Source of the DNA: a virus
Strand: one strand, 5' to 3'
Virus record (IMG/VR): IMGVR_UViG_3300007986_000012
Length of the DNA: 64,000 nt
Positions 36,800 to 49,000 of the stretch are shown one piece after another; positions within the stretch are counted from its first letter, which is position 1, and each line of letters starts with the position of its first letter. The translations under genes were made by a program, and so were the position numbers. Under the pieces are notes generated by a model. That model was not told the origin of the DNA and ran no database searches. It worked only from the letters and a program-made list of their open reading frames with translations.

Positions 36800-36910
36800 T
36801 TGCAGTATAATGACGACCCGCAAATGACAGAATACGAGAACAGGAGAAAAGAAGGGTGGTATCGAATATGGGATTGTGGAAGTAATAAATGGGTTTGGAA
36901 TAAACCATAA
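36800..36910 (+). pseudogene. Remnant C-terminus of a homing-endonuclease-type gene
   Basis: Open frame LQYNDDPQMTEYENRRKEGWYRIWDCGSNKWVWNKP*; not in the ORF track. Confidence 0.5.
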
Positions 36911-36935
36911 AAAAGCCCCGCGAGCGGGGCTTTTT
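36910..36935. terminator. Bidirectional intrinsic terminator
   Basis: AAAAAGCCCCG-CGAG-CGGGGCTTTTT. Confidence 0.9.
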
Positions 36936-36959
36936 CTTTTCTACCGCACGGTTTATCTA

Positions 36960-39107
36960 TTACGTGTTAGATGGTGGGTTTGCGATAATGCTACCCGGAT
37001 CACCGATGTCTGCATCTAAAGCAACCACTCTAATAGTAACAGGGATAAATTCTACCGCTGTTACTGGCTTTAAGGCCACATCAATCCAAAGTTCCTTGCG
37101 CTGAACACGATCTGGAGTATTGTTGGAATCGTCACAAATTGTAGCGAAGTCGAACAATGCTCTAGTGTTGATCAATCCGAACAAGAAATTATCCACAGTA
37201 GTTTTCACCTGATCGCGAGTAATCTGATCGTTTGGTTCAAACAGGTAAGGGAACAACCCTCTACGAACTTCTCTTTTGATGTATCTCAACAATCTTTCGA
37301 TGTTTACGGATTCTCTCAAAGATACGGCACCGTACACAGTTTTCTGGCCAAGAACCAAGATTCCTCTTCCGGATATGCGTGTGATCGGATTGATGTTTTT
37401 AGGAAACTCATACAGCGAATCCCTAGCACCAACATTGAGATCTTCCTCTACAAATGTGGTAGGACCCCCCAAGTTCCCAGAAACATAACCAGTTTTTGTT
37501 AGGTGAGGACATGATCCACGTTCGACACCCGCTGGTGCGTACCACAAGGCAGTCTCTCTATCATTGAAAGCATAGACTCTCAAGGCAGTAGAGGCCGAGG
37601 TGGTTAGAATGTTTCTACCGTCGAGATTAGAAGAAATTCCGTGACCATAGTAGTAAGCAGCGCCGGGATATGTGGTTCTTTCTGAAGAAAGAGCCCAAGT
37701 GGTAATACCGTTAAATCCAGTTGGCGGTCTGTCAAACGGGGTTTCACCGATTACAAATACTTCTTCCAACATGTCAACTGCCATCCTATTCAATTCGTCC
37801 GTAAGCTCGTGGTATCCCGGAGCTACTAGTAGGTTATATGAATAAGCGTCAGGGTTTCTCACACCAAGGGTCGGGTCATTGATTGCAGCTTGCATCTGGG
37901 CTACGATTTCTGCTCTTCTTTCAGCATCATTAATACCCAAACTGGTGAAATTCCTGAACTCTCTTGTCAACTCATACTCGTTAGCGGCAGTAGACAACAG
38001 TGCCACAATTTCTGGACAAGTGTACGAAGAACTGTCATCAATTGCATTATACAGACCAAAATAATCCCCAGTGGCAGCATTTTCATAGCCGTCGGCAAAA
38101 ATTAATAGTTGGTCTGTGCCTAGACCCTGTACTGGGTCAGCTAGGAACAAGAATAGATTCAAGGAACTAAATAGTCCCGTCGCACCAGAAACGCCTTCTT
38201 CTATTTCAATACTTGAAGTGGCCCCAGACAAAGCAGAAGTTACTCTTAAACGACCCGCGACAAAATCTATAAAAGCGTCACCACCGAGTTCGGTGTTAAT
38301 TTCGTCTATCAATTCTCCAAAAGTCTGAATAGCCGCACCATCTAGAGAAACCGTTTGCGGCACTGCACCTTCTATGCTAATGGTAAATGCGTAAGTGGTG
38401 GCATCGTTATTCAGTCCAGTAACATCATCGGTGGTTAGGAAGCCCCCGGTTGTATCAAATACTATTTCTTGGTACCCCGACCTAGCAACGTTGTTATCCT
38501 CTAAGAAATTTTGCTTGAAAAGATTGTTGTTTCCTGTTCTGTTCTTGGAAGAGAAAGAATATACGTTGAATAGGTCAGTAAGAGCCTCTTCAATCAAAAG
38601 TTTCGCGTCAGAACCAGCTACTTCTGTAGAGGCTGCTGGGCCATACAATTCGTTTTCTTCGTTGAACTCTGCTAGGTAATCTTCGAAAAGCTCGCAAACG
38701 TAATCAGAAGCTTCTGAAATTTTGCGTCCCCACAATGCACGGATTCCAGTAATAGAATCGTCCAAGTTCACGTTGGCACGGACAACATATGCTCTGTTAC
38801 CAACTTCCAAAAATTTGTTTAACGCATCCAAACCGTATTCGTTTCTGGCGTCGCCGTGGAACGGTTGGCCATCAACACTTTCCAAATATCTAGGAATTCC
38901 GTATAGTTCAACGGCCTGACGGATAGACGTTACTTCTCTAAAAACTCCATACTCATATGTACCAAGTGCTGGAGTCACGCCGTCAGGCTGTGTTTTCTCG
39001 TCAGCAGTCGCAATGAAAATTACCGGAATTGTAGCCGCACGACCCGGAATGAAAAAACTTTGGTCGTCAATGGTTACACTTACACCGGGGCTAATTAAAC
39101 TTGCCAT
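36960..39107 (-). CDS. Tail sheath protein (gp18-like)
   Basis: LISPGVSVT, WYAPAG..RG, INPI, GQKT, INIERLL, FEPND..TR, LKP..AVEFI. Confidence 0.95.
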   Translation of the reverse strand: MASLISPGVSVTIDDQSFFIPGRAATIPVIFIATADEKTQPDGVTPALGTYEYGVFREVTSIRQAVELYGIPRYLESVDGQPFHGDARNEYGLDALNKFLEVGNRAYVVRANVNLDDSITGIRALWGRKISEASDYVCELFEDYLAEFNEENELYGPAASTEVAGSDAKLLIEEALTDLFNVYSFSSKNRTGNNNLFKQNFLEDNNVARSGYQEIVFDTTGGFLTTDDVTGLNNDATTYAFTISIEGAVPQTVSLDGAAIQTFGELIDEINTELGGDAFIDFVAGRLRVTSALSGATSSIEIEEGVSGATGLFSSLNLFLFLADPVQGLGTDQLLIFADGYENAATGDYFGLYNAIDDSSSYTCPEIVALLSTAANEYELTREFRNFTSLGINDAERRAEIVAQMQAAINDPTLGVRNPDAYSYNLLVAPGYHELTDELNRMAVDMLEEVFVIGETPFDRPPTGFNGITTWALSSERTTYPGAAYYYGHGISSNLDGRNILTTSASTALRVYAFNDRETALWYAPAGVERGSCPHLTKTGYVSGNLGGPTTFVEEDLNVGARDSLYEFPKNINPITRISGRGILVLGQKTVYGAVSLRESVNIERLLRYIKREVRRGLFPYLFEPNDQITRDQVKTTVDNFLFGLINTRALFDFATICDDSNNTPDRVQRKELWIDVALKPVTAVEFIPVTIRVVALDADIGDPGSIIANPPSNT

Positions 39108-39176
39108 ATTTTATTCTCCTGAATTATCGCAAATGTTCAATGATATTTATTAGGCGTGTATTTGGAAATTGTAAAT

Positions 39177-39965
39177 TTACCTAGGTGGTGGGTCTAAGTC
39201 ATCAATATCAAATATATTTTCATAATCGTCTTCCATTCCACGGGACGCTGCTATTTGTTTTACTTCTTCAAAACTAGCAGCTTTTTCTAGATTTTGTATT
39301 CTCAATTTTATTTTCTGTATAATATCGTCTCTTACATTTACAGGAGCACTTAACCAAGCCTCTATCTGGAATGACAGATTCAACGAAAGTATTCTTCTTT
39401 CACCTCCTGCGGGATAATTTTCTTCATTGTCAATAGACATTAGCATCACTCGGTGTATTGCAGTGTGGTCGTCGGGGTCATCTGAGGTATACAGAAGAAG
39501 ATCTGGATCAAATATTAAAGCTATTTGTTCGAGTATTTCATATTGATGAAACAAATTAGATGTTAGAATGTTAACCTCTCCTCGGATTCTCCACGGGATT
39601 GGTTTAAGTTTTTCGATTGTTCTTAGATCATCAGGGAAAACTCCCCCTCTAGGAAAAGTTACAGATTTATCTATGGTTCTCATGCCGCTCATACGATCCA
39701 GTGCCAATTCCATATCTGAAAACCGAACACTAAGAATAGGAAGTTTGACCGGTATATTGGGGGAGTTTCTCGCCATAATATGGGCTACTACCCTATCTTT
39801 GGAGCCATGAATAACTGGAACCCGTATCAAATTTGATTCGGAATTGAAATCGTTTTTCCCCACACTCACTTGAAGACCAGAAAAAATAGCCATAAATTGA
39901 ATCAGATATTTTCTAATCTGCTCTTGACTGTAGTGACTGCTTAGACTGTTATTTTCTTGTACCAT
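39177..39965 (-). CDS. Tail terminator/sheath stabiliser (gp15-like)
   Basis: QIRKYLIQF..IFS, RVPV.HG, LPILS, PIPW, EILEQI...F.P. Confidence 0.75.
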   Translation of the reverse strand: MVQENNSLSSHYSQEQIRKYLIQFMAIFSGLQVSVGKNDFNSESNLIRVPVIHGSKDRVVAHIMARNSPNIPVKLPILSVRFSDMELALDRMSGMRTIDKSVTFPRGGVFPDDLRTIEKLKPIPWRIRGEVNILTSNLFHQYEILEQIALIFDPDLLLYTSDDPDDHTAIHRVMLMSIDNEENYPAGGERRILSLNLSFQIEAWLSAPVNVRDDIIQKIKLRIQNLEKAASFEEVKQIAASRGMEDDYENIFDIDDLDPPPR

Positions 39966-40084
39966 ATGTTTTTATTCCACCATGTTCCCGACGATGAAAG
40001 CCTTACCTTTCTGTGTCGTGGAAAAACTTATCAATACCTCGTTACTATTTAGTATATAGAAGGATTTCCGTCCGGCTATTGTAC

Positions 40085-43000
40085 TTATGGTATGATATCA
40101 GACGTTAAAATTTCAATAGAGCACAATGTTATTTCACCTGAAAACGCAAATCCAAGAATATCAATATTAGCACCAGTACCTATAATTCCAGATAGTCCGG
40201 TATATTCAAATATCTGGGGAACGCCATCCACCAATTCCATTGCTTGATACCCCGCCCCACCCGATATCGCATCAAAAGTCACTTGTGTGTCACCCGACAC
40301 ACCGCCTGTACCCGATGATGTTAATGTAAATCTAACACCCTGAATGTTAATGTTTTCATATGCAGGATTGATAACTATGTTCATACTATTGAACCCTTCA
40401 AAACTTTTCGTCCAACATGGGTTGGTGTATACCGTTGGGGTCTGTCCGTCACCCGTAGTTGGATCACCAGTCCAATATGTATCAGGCGTAATATCTACCC
40501 AGATTGGTACGGATGCAGCCGACGGGGTTGGGGTGGGTGATAGTATTGGTGTAACACTTGGTGTAACACTTGGTGTAACACTTGGTGTAACACTCACGGT
40601 TGGGGTGGGGGTAGGAGTTGGTGGTGGTGGTACGTCTACAGCACACTCTAATTCACTACCAACCACTTTAACAATTTCCAGCGTCTCACCTTCTAAAATA
40701 GTACCCGCATTTCCAACATCTACGGCCACCCACGAAGTCTTGAAAAAGTCCGGGTGCTTTTTCTTAGCAATCATAGAATTTTCCAGAATCTCAAAAAAGA
40801 TGTCATTGACTTCTTTCACGGTGAACAGAGCATATATCGCTCTGAGTAGCTGTACGTATCCCTCTGGTACCGTTAGATCATAAGATTCGTAGAACGCTTC
40901 TATATCACCAACAGACCATTTTCTGTTCGGTTCAAACAGCACCTGAGTAATAAGTTTTCTTAGGATGTCTCTATCAACTAAAGTTTGCTCTCTACCCAGT
41001 CCAATTCGTGTAGAAGCGCCGCGCACTAATACATCGTATCTGACTCTTTCTTCAGACGGAACCGGGACTCTCTCGTCAATGTTGAACAATTCGTCCACAA
41101 CTTCAAATCCGGTAGTACTTTCAACCACTTTTCTCCAAAGAATAAAATCGATTTTAGAAGTTTGGTTCTTTCTAATAAGTTTCCAATCTACGTGTTTGTT
41201 CTTTTTTTCTAAATCAAGACCCAGATCATCTCTTAATGTAAAATCTTTCCGAAGTCTTAGTACATAATCAGAGTTATTCTTAACGCTGTTTGCCAAACCT
41301 TTGATGATAAGTTGAGAGAATCGCAATGGTAGATTGTTGTCGTCGGGGTCGTAGGTTGCCCCGAACAACACACCATAACCATCACCCTCCTCACGGAATC
41401 CTTCAATAACGGCGTAGGGTTTGGTCATATCTGAGAGTTCACGCTCCGCGTCAAAAAGAGTAAGTGTAGTATTATTCAACAACTTCTGTGATTTGTCACC
41501 TCTAACCCAAAAGTAATACTTTGATTTTATATCACCGCTCACGCGGTCTATGTAGTCTATCTTACTGTGGGGATGTACCCGGATATAATCACCATTATCA
41601 ATTTCCTCTTCGCTAGGGACAACAGCTTCCTTTACCAACGTAATTATTGAATTGTCGGGGATATCAAGCCCGAAGGTTTCTGCTAATGCGAGCGTGGCCA
41701 AAAATACGTCATAGGAAACATAATTAAACCTTAAGGTAAATTTTCCATTAACGTACAGGTCAAGAAATTGTTCAGGTGTGAAATCTTCCAAATCTGACGA
41801 TTCTATCCCGGCCTTGGGGAAACTTCTTACAATGGTTTTTTCTTCTTCCCACCGGGCTTGTCCCGCTCCGGGATTTACTACTTTTTTATAAACCACAGAT
41901 TTTGGATTTCCTGTCAACTTTTCCCCCAGTGGTATATTTTCTAGAGACTGTTTCTCTACTTCGTTAATATAATCCTCTGGTGAGAAATCACTTTCTGTCC
42001 AGCGATACATTTCTATTTCTCCGTAATCTGCTAAATTGCCCCACTTCAGACTGCGCTCTTCTTGATTTGGAAAAATGAATTTGTCGTAGTAAGGAACGTA
42101 TCCTTTTTTGGTTATATCCAGCCAAACTTTTCCTATCTGTTTTTCTTCCCAAAAACTTTCTCTCTTGATAAACGCGCCACTGGAAGAATTAACATCAAAA
42201 TCCAAAGTATACGAGGCTGGATCTTTTTCTAGCTTAAAATCTATTGGATAATTTCCTACTGGGTTTTCTTGTCCAAAAGCCGGGTTCCATATAGGAATAT
42301 CGGCAACCACCCGTTCCTCACGTTTGTTATCTATCAACTTGAAAATGTTAGTACTGTCGTATGAATACCTCAACCCAGTAACAGTAATATTCTGCCACAC
42401 CTCGATGTTTGTAGCAATGAATTCTATGACTAACCCGTTTATAAATCTATAATCCACACCTTCGCTGGCAATGAATTTTTCATCAGAAATTTCATACTCG
42501 ATCTTAGCACCATAAACAGGGACGTTCAATCGTAAAACCGGATTATTGGTAATACTTGTGATCGTTGACGTTTGTATTAGATTTTCAGCATTCGTGAATA
42601 TTTCAGTTTCTTCAACATCTAAGAAATAACCCTTGAACGGCTTCATTAGATCCACAACATCTGGAAGATTTTCCCAACGGTTAAAATCAGTTAGTCGAAT
42701 AGGAATATAGTCCTTTCCGATAGTTCCGCCAGTTGGTGGAACAAATTCAAGTCGAAGTTCCTTTCTAATTACGTCATCCGTATTGAGTTTTATCTCAGGG
42801 TAGGCTTTTTTCTTAGAATCCCCAAACTCACATAGTTTATATGCCCAGAACTCATCAACTGTTACTCCGGTTAATGCACGTTGATTTGTAAAAGCCTCAA
42901 GTGAAAAATTTGTACCCTTGTTTTGTACAAAAGATTTCCAAAATACAAACTGTGACTTTTCGTTAATACCCAAGTTTTCCATATACTGTTTTGGTCCCTG

Positions 43001-46000
43001 ATACCCCACGGACCTTCTGACTGCCTCTGTAGTATCATCACCCCTAATGTTGTTGTATACATCGTAATAGTCTCTTATATCTTGTATCGATTTTTCGATG
43101 TTATCTATTAAGGAGTTGTCACTCAAAACCAAACCCCCCACATGGAGTCTTCCCGTGGGTTCTGTCGGCCTCAGAAAACTTAAAAACACCCTAGGGGTTT
43201 TGATTCCTAAAAAGGGATCATATATTAACTTGTTACCGCTAGTGTACTGATTAAACCTGCAAATGTGCGACACCTCGAAAATAGAATAATCCGCACCCGC
43301 AATCTTATTTTCGCTGTTCTGTGTTAACAAAACGCTTGTTTCTCTGTCATTCCTGAAAAATAATAAATTTTCTAAGTCGATGTATTCTCCATTAACATCC
43401 AAAACATTTTGTCTTTCGAATAACCCGTTTCTGGCCCTCTCAAAACTCGAAGGTAACCCTCTATCGTGGCTCACAACAAAATGGTTGTAATATGGATTGG
43501 TCATCATTTTAGGAAGAACTTTGTCACTTTTGAAAATTTCCAAATACACTTCCCCGGAGCCGGTAGAAAACTCTATAAACCTTCCGGCAGTGGCGTCGTT
43601 TTTGGAATATGCCAACTGAATAGCACCAGACCTAGTAACAATAGCGTAGTATGGTACAAACGCATTAAATGGACTGTTTAATTCTTCCGGCACCGTTCCA
43701 CCCTCACCCGCTTTCAACCTTACGGCCTGTCCAGTCGCCAAGAACTGTCCAGAAGGACTGATAAAAGAGCTAGAATCAACGTTTACCGTTGCAGATATTC
43801 TCGGGGGGAGTTCTTCTGCTCTCTGTATTAGAGTGTCTAGCCACACAATATACTTTTCAATTTCCAAAATCCATTCATTGTCTCTTCCACTGTCTTCGGC
43901 TTTATTGGTCTTGTCAAAAGGAACTGACTTAATACCGCGATCTTCCAGCAGAGCTTCATAACCAAAGAGAATATCTATGAGAGATTGTATTCTGGTTACG
44001 TTTTGAGCTTCAAAGAGGGTTTTAACGAGGCGAGTGTCTGGTTCATGTCTTCTGAATGCATAGTCTATTCTGTTCAACGGTTTAAACGTGTTTGTGACTT
44101 TTCCGACCCAGAAGTTACCAGAACCCGCAGTGGCAAAATTTATAACAGTTCCCAATTTTGCTAGGTCTTCACTCTCTGAAATCTGGAATGTTGTACCGTT
44201 AATCTTTACGATATAATAGGGAATATAATTCAGTAGTTCTCCCGGTAGTACCCCGTCTGTGTTTAAAAATACCTCTTGCCCGGTTTCCCACGGGATTGTT
44301 ATGGTATTTTCTGGGCTTACAATTCCGTCTACGATGTCGTCAGTTATAACAACATCTTCCAAGACTTTAACTAGAGTCTCGTTTCTTCTAAAATCGTATA
44401 TTACGTCGTCAACTGTATACGTCCCACCATAGTTGGTAGAAGAAGAGACCGTTATCTGGTCACCAGCCGAAAACTCTCCCAAAACGTTGCCATAAACATA
44501 GAATATTTTTTTGAACTCGAAATCAGTTATGCCGTCCTCAGACACTAAGCCCGAAGATATTACGGGAAAAAGGCTGTCTAGGCTAATGCTTATTGAAGAA
44601 CCGAGACCCGTGGCCTCGCTGCGGATGATCAAATATCCGTTTTCTAAATCGATAAAGGCACCACTTATTTGATCATTGATACTGGCGATAACGTCACCAA
44701 CTGTCGGAGTATTGGGAGAGAGTGACCCGTCTATGGTGACAACAGTAGACGTTGTGCCGTCGATATCAATAGTAAACTGGTATGGCCCTGCCGTTAACCC
44801 AGTAACATCCGTCAACGCTAAAGGTGAAGAATATATAGCTCTCCAAAAGCCTCTAGGTGAGTCTATTTCTGTGGCCTTGATTTGATACCCACCGGTTGTA
44901 AAAGTATTTGTTCCCACCAATCTAACTTGGTAATTTTGTGGTGGATAATATTCTATAGTTTTCTTCTTTTTAGGACTTTTAATATATGGTTTGAAAACCC
45001 AGTTGCTTGTTTCGTAATGAGTTCTTTCCGTGATTGGGGCTCTTTTTTGGACCGCCCAATTTATCGCGGAGAATGTATTTTCGGTCGAGTTTAGCTGGCG
45101 ATCAATGAATGTCGCATAATCTCTAGCAACTATGTCGATCTGGTCCCCCGAAACACCTAATGTAGTGTCGTTGATCAGAGTGTTAAAAATGTATGCTGCG
45201 TTTACATTCCAACCAATCCATAAATCCCTATAGTCAGAAGATCCCCCGTCTAACTCCAGATATCTATTGTAATTAACGATCCACTGCTGTATACCCGCAG
45301 AATAATAAACCGTGCCATCTTCTCTGTAGTCTCCGTGGAATAGAGTTTTAAAATGTGGATTTATATTTTGGGTTTCTTTGTTAGCAAGCAAGCAATCTAC
45401 TTGTACCAAATCATCACCATAGTTTCTGCTAAAAAATTCTATTGGATCACACAAAAAAGACGCCTTGAGCAAGAAATATAAGTAGCTACTACTATTTTTC
45501 CATTTCCACTCAACTGGACCATCTTGTCCAAAAAGAAAATCCGCATTTGGAGAAGATACATAATTGCCAAGACTCTTGTCGAATAGTGGTTTAAAGCGGG
45601 GGTCTGCCGATAGCGAACCATCCCAATATGGTGGTGCCAGTTCATCACTAGCAATACCCGCCACGGTACTTCCGGTTACGTTAACGGGAGAGTAATCGTA
45701 AATTTGAGTTTCTCCACTGTTGCCAGTAGAAATAGTTCCATTTGGTAATTCTTGTCCGGCTGGGACGACTCCAGTGAATATGTTATCCCACATAGTTTCT
45801 TTCCAGAATCGATCTATTCCTAAATCGTTATTCTTGTATGTGGTCTTCCACCATGTGGGCTCTTCTTCATAACCTTGCAAGATCCAAGGTTCTCGGTGGG
45901 GATATGCTGTTCCATATATTTCTTCATACAATCCCTGCCACGATGCCTTTCCCCTAGCAGAAAAAACTCCGGAAAGTGGATGTGTTGCTATGTCGGTATT

Positions 46001-49000
46001 GGCGTAGTTCCATGTAAAAGCATCCCCGCTCTGGAACGCGGTGTTGTGTAGTGCATCTTCTCCGACCAAACACAAAAATTCGGTCTCTTCAAGATCTCTA
46101 AAACGACTGTTTGTTTTAGTCAACTCTAGATTATAAAATTCGTCTAATGGCTCTCTGTGCTGTCCGGCAGAGTATAACAGAGTTTCCAACTCGTAAAGCA
46201 AATTGGCAATTTGTCCGATCACATCAATCTCGGTCCATGAACCTGATTCTAATTGATACAAAGATATGCTTTTTTCGGAAGAAACCCCCCTAACCAAATA
46301 GTCTCCTTCTGCATAATCTGCTATATCCGGGAAAGCTTCACTGTCTTCGGACACCTTCTGTGTATTTTTGGTTAGTATTCCGTAGAATTTGCTCTTCTGA
46401 GCGTTCGTTATATCTAATGTGAAATATGTGCCATCGTGTCTTTTGACTATCCAGTCTTCACCCCGTTTGAATATAGAAGGTTTAGAAAGCCCCGTCATTC
46501 TCAAAATTGCCGAAGTTGATATTACGTTTTTGATCCCATATCCATCAGCGTAACTAAAAGAATCTCCAAACAAACGATCCCATCTTGTGTTATTTTCGGT
46601 GTAATTTTCGAAGTTTTCTATTAAATCGACTTCTGACATTTCTAAAAAAGTAGAAAGATTTTCTAGATATCGTAATGTCCACCTATAAGTAAGTCGTTCG
46701 TATGCGTCCCCCACAAAATCTAAAGTTTTGGGTATATCAATTTGTTCCCCCAACATCGCAGAGACTAGTAGGTCGAGGTTGCCGTTGTGTTCTTTGATGG
46801 TACCACCCAATCCGAAGTTTGGATTGTTCAAAGCATGAAACACTTCTTCTGGGTTTGTCGAATTGTATTTTGTCGGTTCTTGTGCTAATGTTATAGTTTT
46901 GAAATGTCTAAATAAGTCGGTGAGACTTACTTCCTTTCTAAGCTCATGCTGTATGTTATATTTCCAACTGTTGGGTATGTCCCAGTCACTTTCTATTTTT
47001 TCTGGGACGGATTGTTCATTAAACTCTCCTTTCTTCCAAATAGTTTTAATCTTATTGTCCCTTAAATCTAAATAGCAGCGTAATTTTCCTTCAGAATCCA
47101 CAAGACCGTGTTCAAAAACTAGATCTCGTTCATTCCTCTTGTATTCTGCTCTTAGGTCTAACGTTCTATTCAACTCAAATTCTCCATTTTCTTTAAACCA
47201 GAAAATAGAGTTAGATTCTTCTAGTGGGTTTCCTAGAATATCATATATTTTGAACAAGGGATATTGGTTAGTTTTGGTTTTAGTTTGTTCTATTCTCTTA
47301 TATCGAGACAGGTTATAGATATCTGGTGAATTTCCCGTAGGATCAACCACTACAACGTCTTTTCGACCGATGTCGTGTGTCCAATATTCTCCTAATTCGA
47401 TACGAACTAGCGTGTCCGGGGTGATAACTAGGTCACTATCTAGAACAATAGCCCCAACGTAATTGGTATTGTTGGCGGGAATGTCTGTATGTCTTCCATA
47501 TATTCTTTTTCCGTCGATATACAGACGAAGGTCTCCTTCTTGGTAATCCTCAATCAAACACAAATCCGTAAGAGATTCATCAAGCTCCAACCTAGCTCCA
47601 TTTATTGTAGAAGTAGGGTTGAATTCTTGCCAGTATAGCCCTATTTTGGTTTGGTATTCTTGGAAAACGCTATTTGTCTCTGTCTTAATTTGTATAGCAG
47701 GTCCATCTAGCATGGGGTTTTTTTCGGGCTCTGCACCACTGGCTGTGATATTTTTTATTCCAACAAAAGCCCAGTGAGTAACCAGTGGATCAAAAGTATC
47801 CCCCAAACTGGTACGTTCCGGGTAGATTGTTCCCCCTCCATCAGAAATGTCATCGCCCACGCTGAAGAAATTCTCTACTACCCGGATAACGGATTGATAT
47901 CTTTCACCCGGAGTAAATTGTACAAATTCTACACTGTCAATAGTGTACTGGCCGTCGTTGGTGTTAAATCCAACGAGATTTATATTGTCGCCCTTTGTGA
48001 GAACCGATTCCATATTACCAAATCTGGCCGGTAGTAGTAATTCGTTTGAAGCTAACTGAAAAACTGGGACATTTTCGCTATCTGATTCTTCTATTTTTAT
48101 AGGTCTAATTTCTAAAAGATTGGGTTGGTCTTCAACTTTTTTGTATTGATCTTCAACTGTCTTTCGGTAAGCCCATTCAAATTCAAATTTGGAAAAGTAG
48201 GAAAGCTCTATGTAGTTCTTATATTCTATAATCGGTTGTGTTGCCTGACGACTTTCCGAAAGATTCGTAATTTGGTTTTTGTGTACCCACTTGTTTTCAT
48301 CAGCCCAGTCGTTGCTGTCCGCTCGTAATTTGCTGTTTTCACTTTCGTACAATATAGAAAAAGACCTGACTTTCGTCTTCCACTGTCCGTCAATCCATTG
48401 ATATAAAATGTCAGTGGTCGTATCGAAGAAAAAATCATTTTCTTGGGCATATACATTTGCAGATAGACTATCTTTGACGTATATTTGATAAGAAATATTT
48501 TCGTCTTTGAAAAATTCAACACCGTCAACTAAAAATCTATCAGGGTCACCAAAAACTGCACCTTCGACCCAACTAGATAAATCATGGTCCCCTGTGTTTG
48601 GGCCACTATTTATTTTGATTCCGTACTCGGCACCGACAACAAGCTCTGACGCGGGTCCACCGAAATATTGTATTACTTCGTTTTCGCCAAGTGACAGTAC
48701 GAAGCCCCCATTTGACGAAAAAACTTCCCGACGGTCATACCATACGGGCTCGCCGAGGTCATAGATGTTTATTTCGTCAACCTGCTGTGGCTCTGCCACA
48801 TCTTGAAAATATATGGATTCACTTCTAGCGGCGTATGCATAAGCATGAACAGATACCCGTGTAGGGGAGGTTTGGGGGACAGTTTTAAGCGTGAATACAC
48901 TTTCATTATTGTCTTCGTCAAACTCGTAAGATTGAACCTCGACAAATTCTTGTATACCATCCAAATCCGTATATAAACTTAAAATAAAACCTTCACGAGC

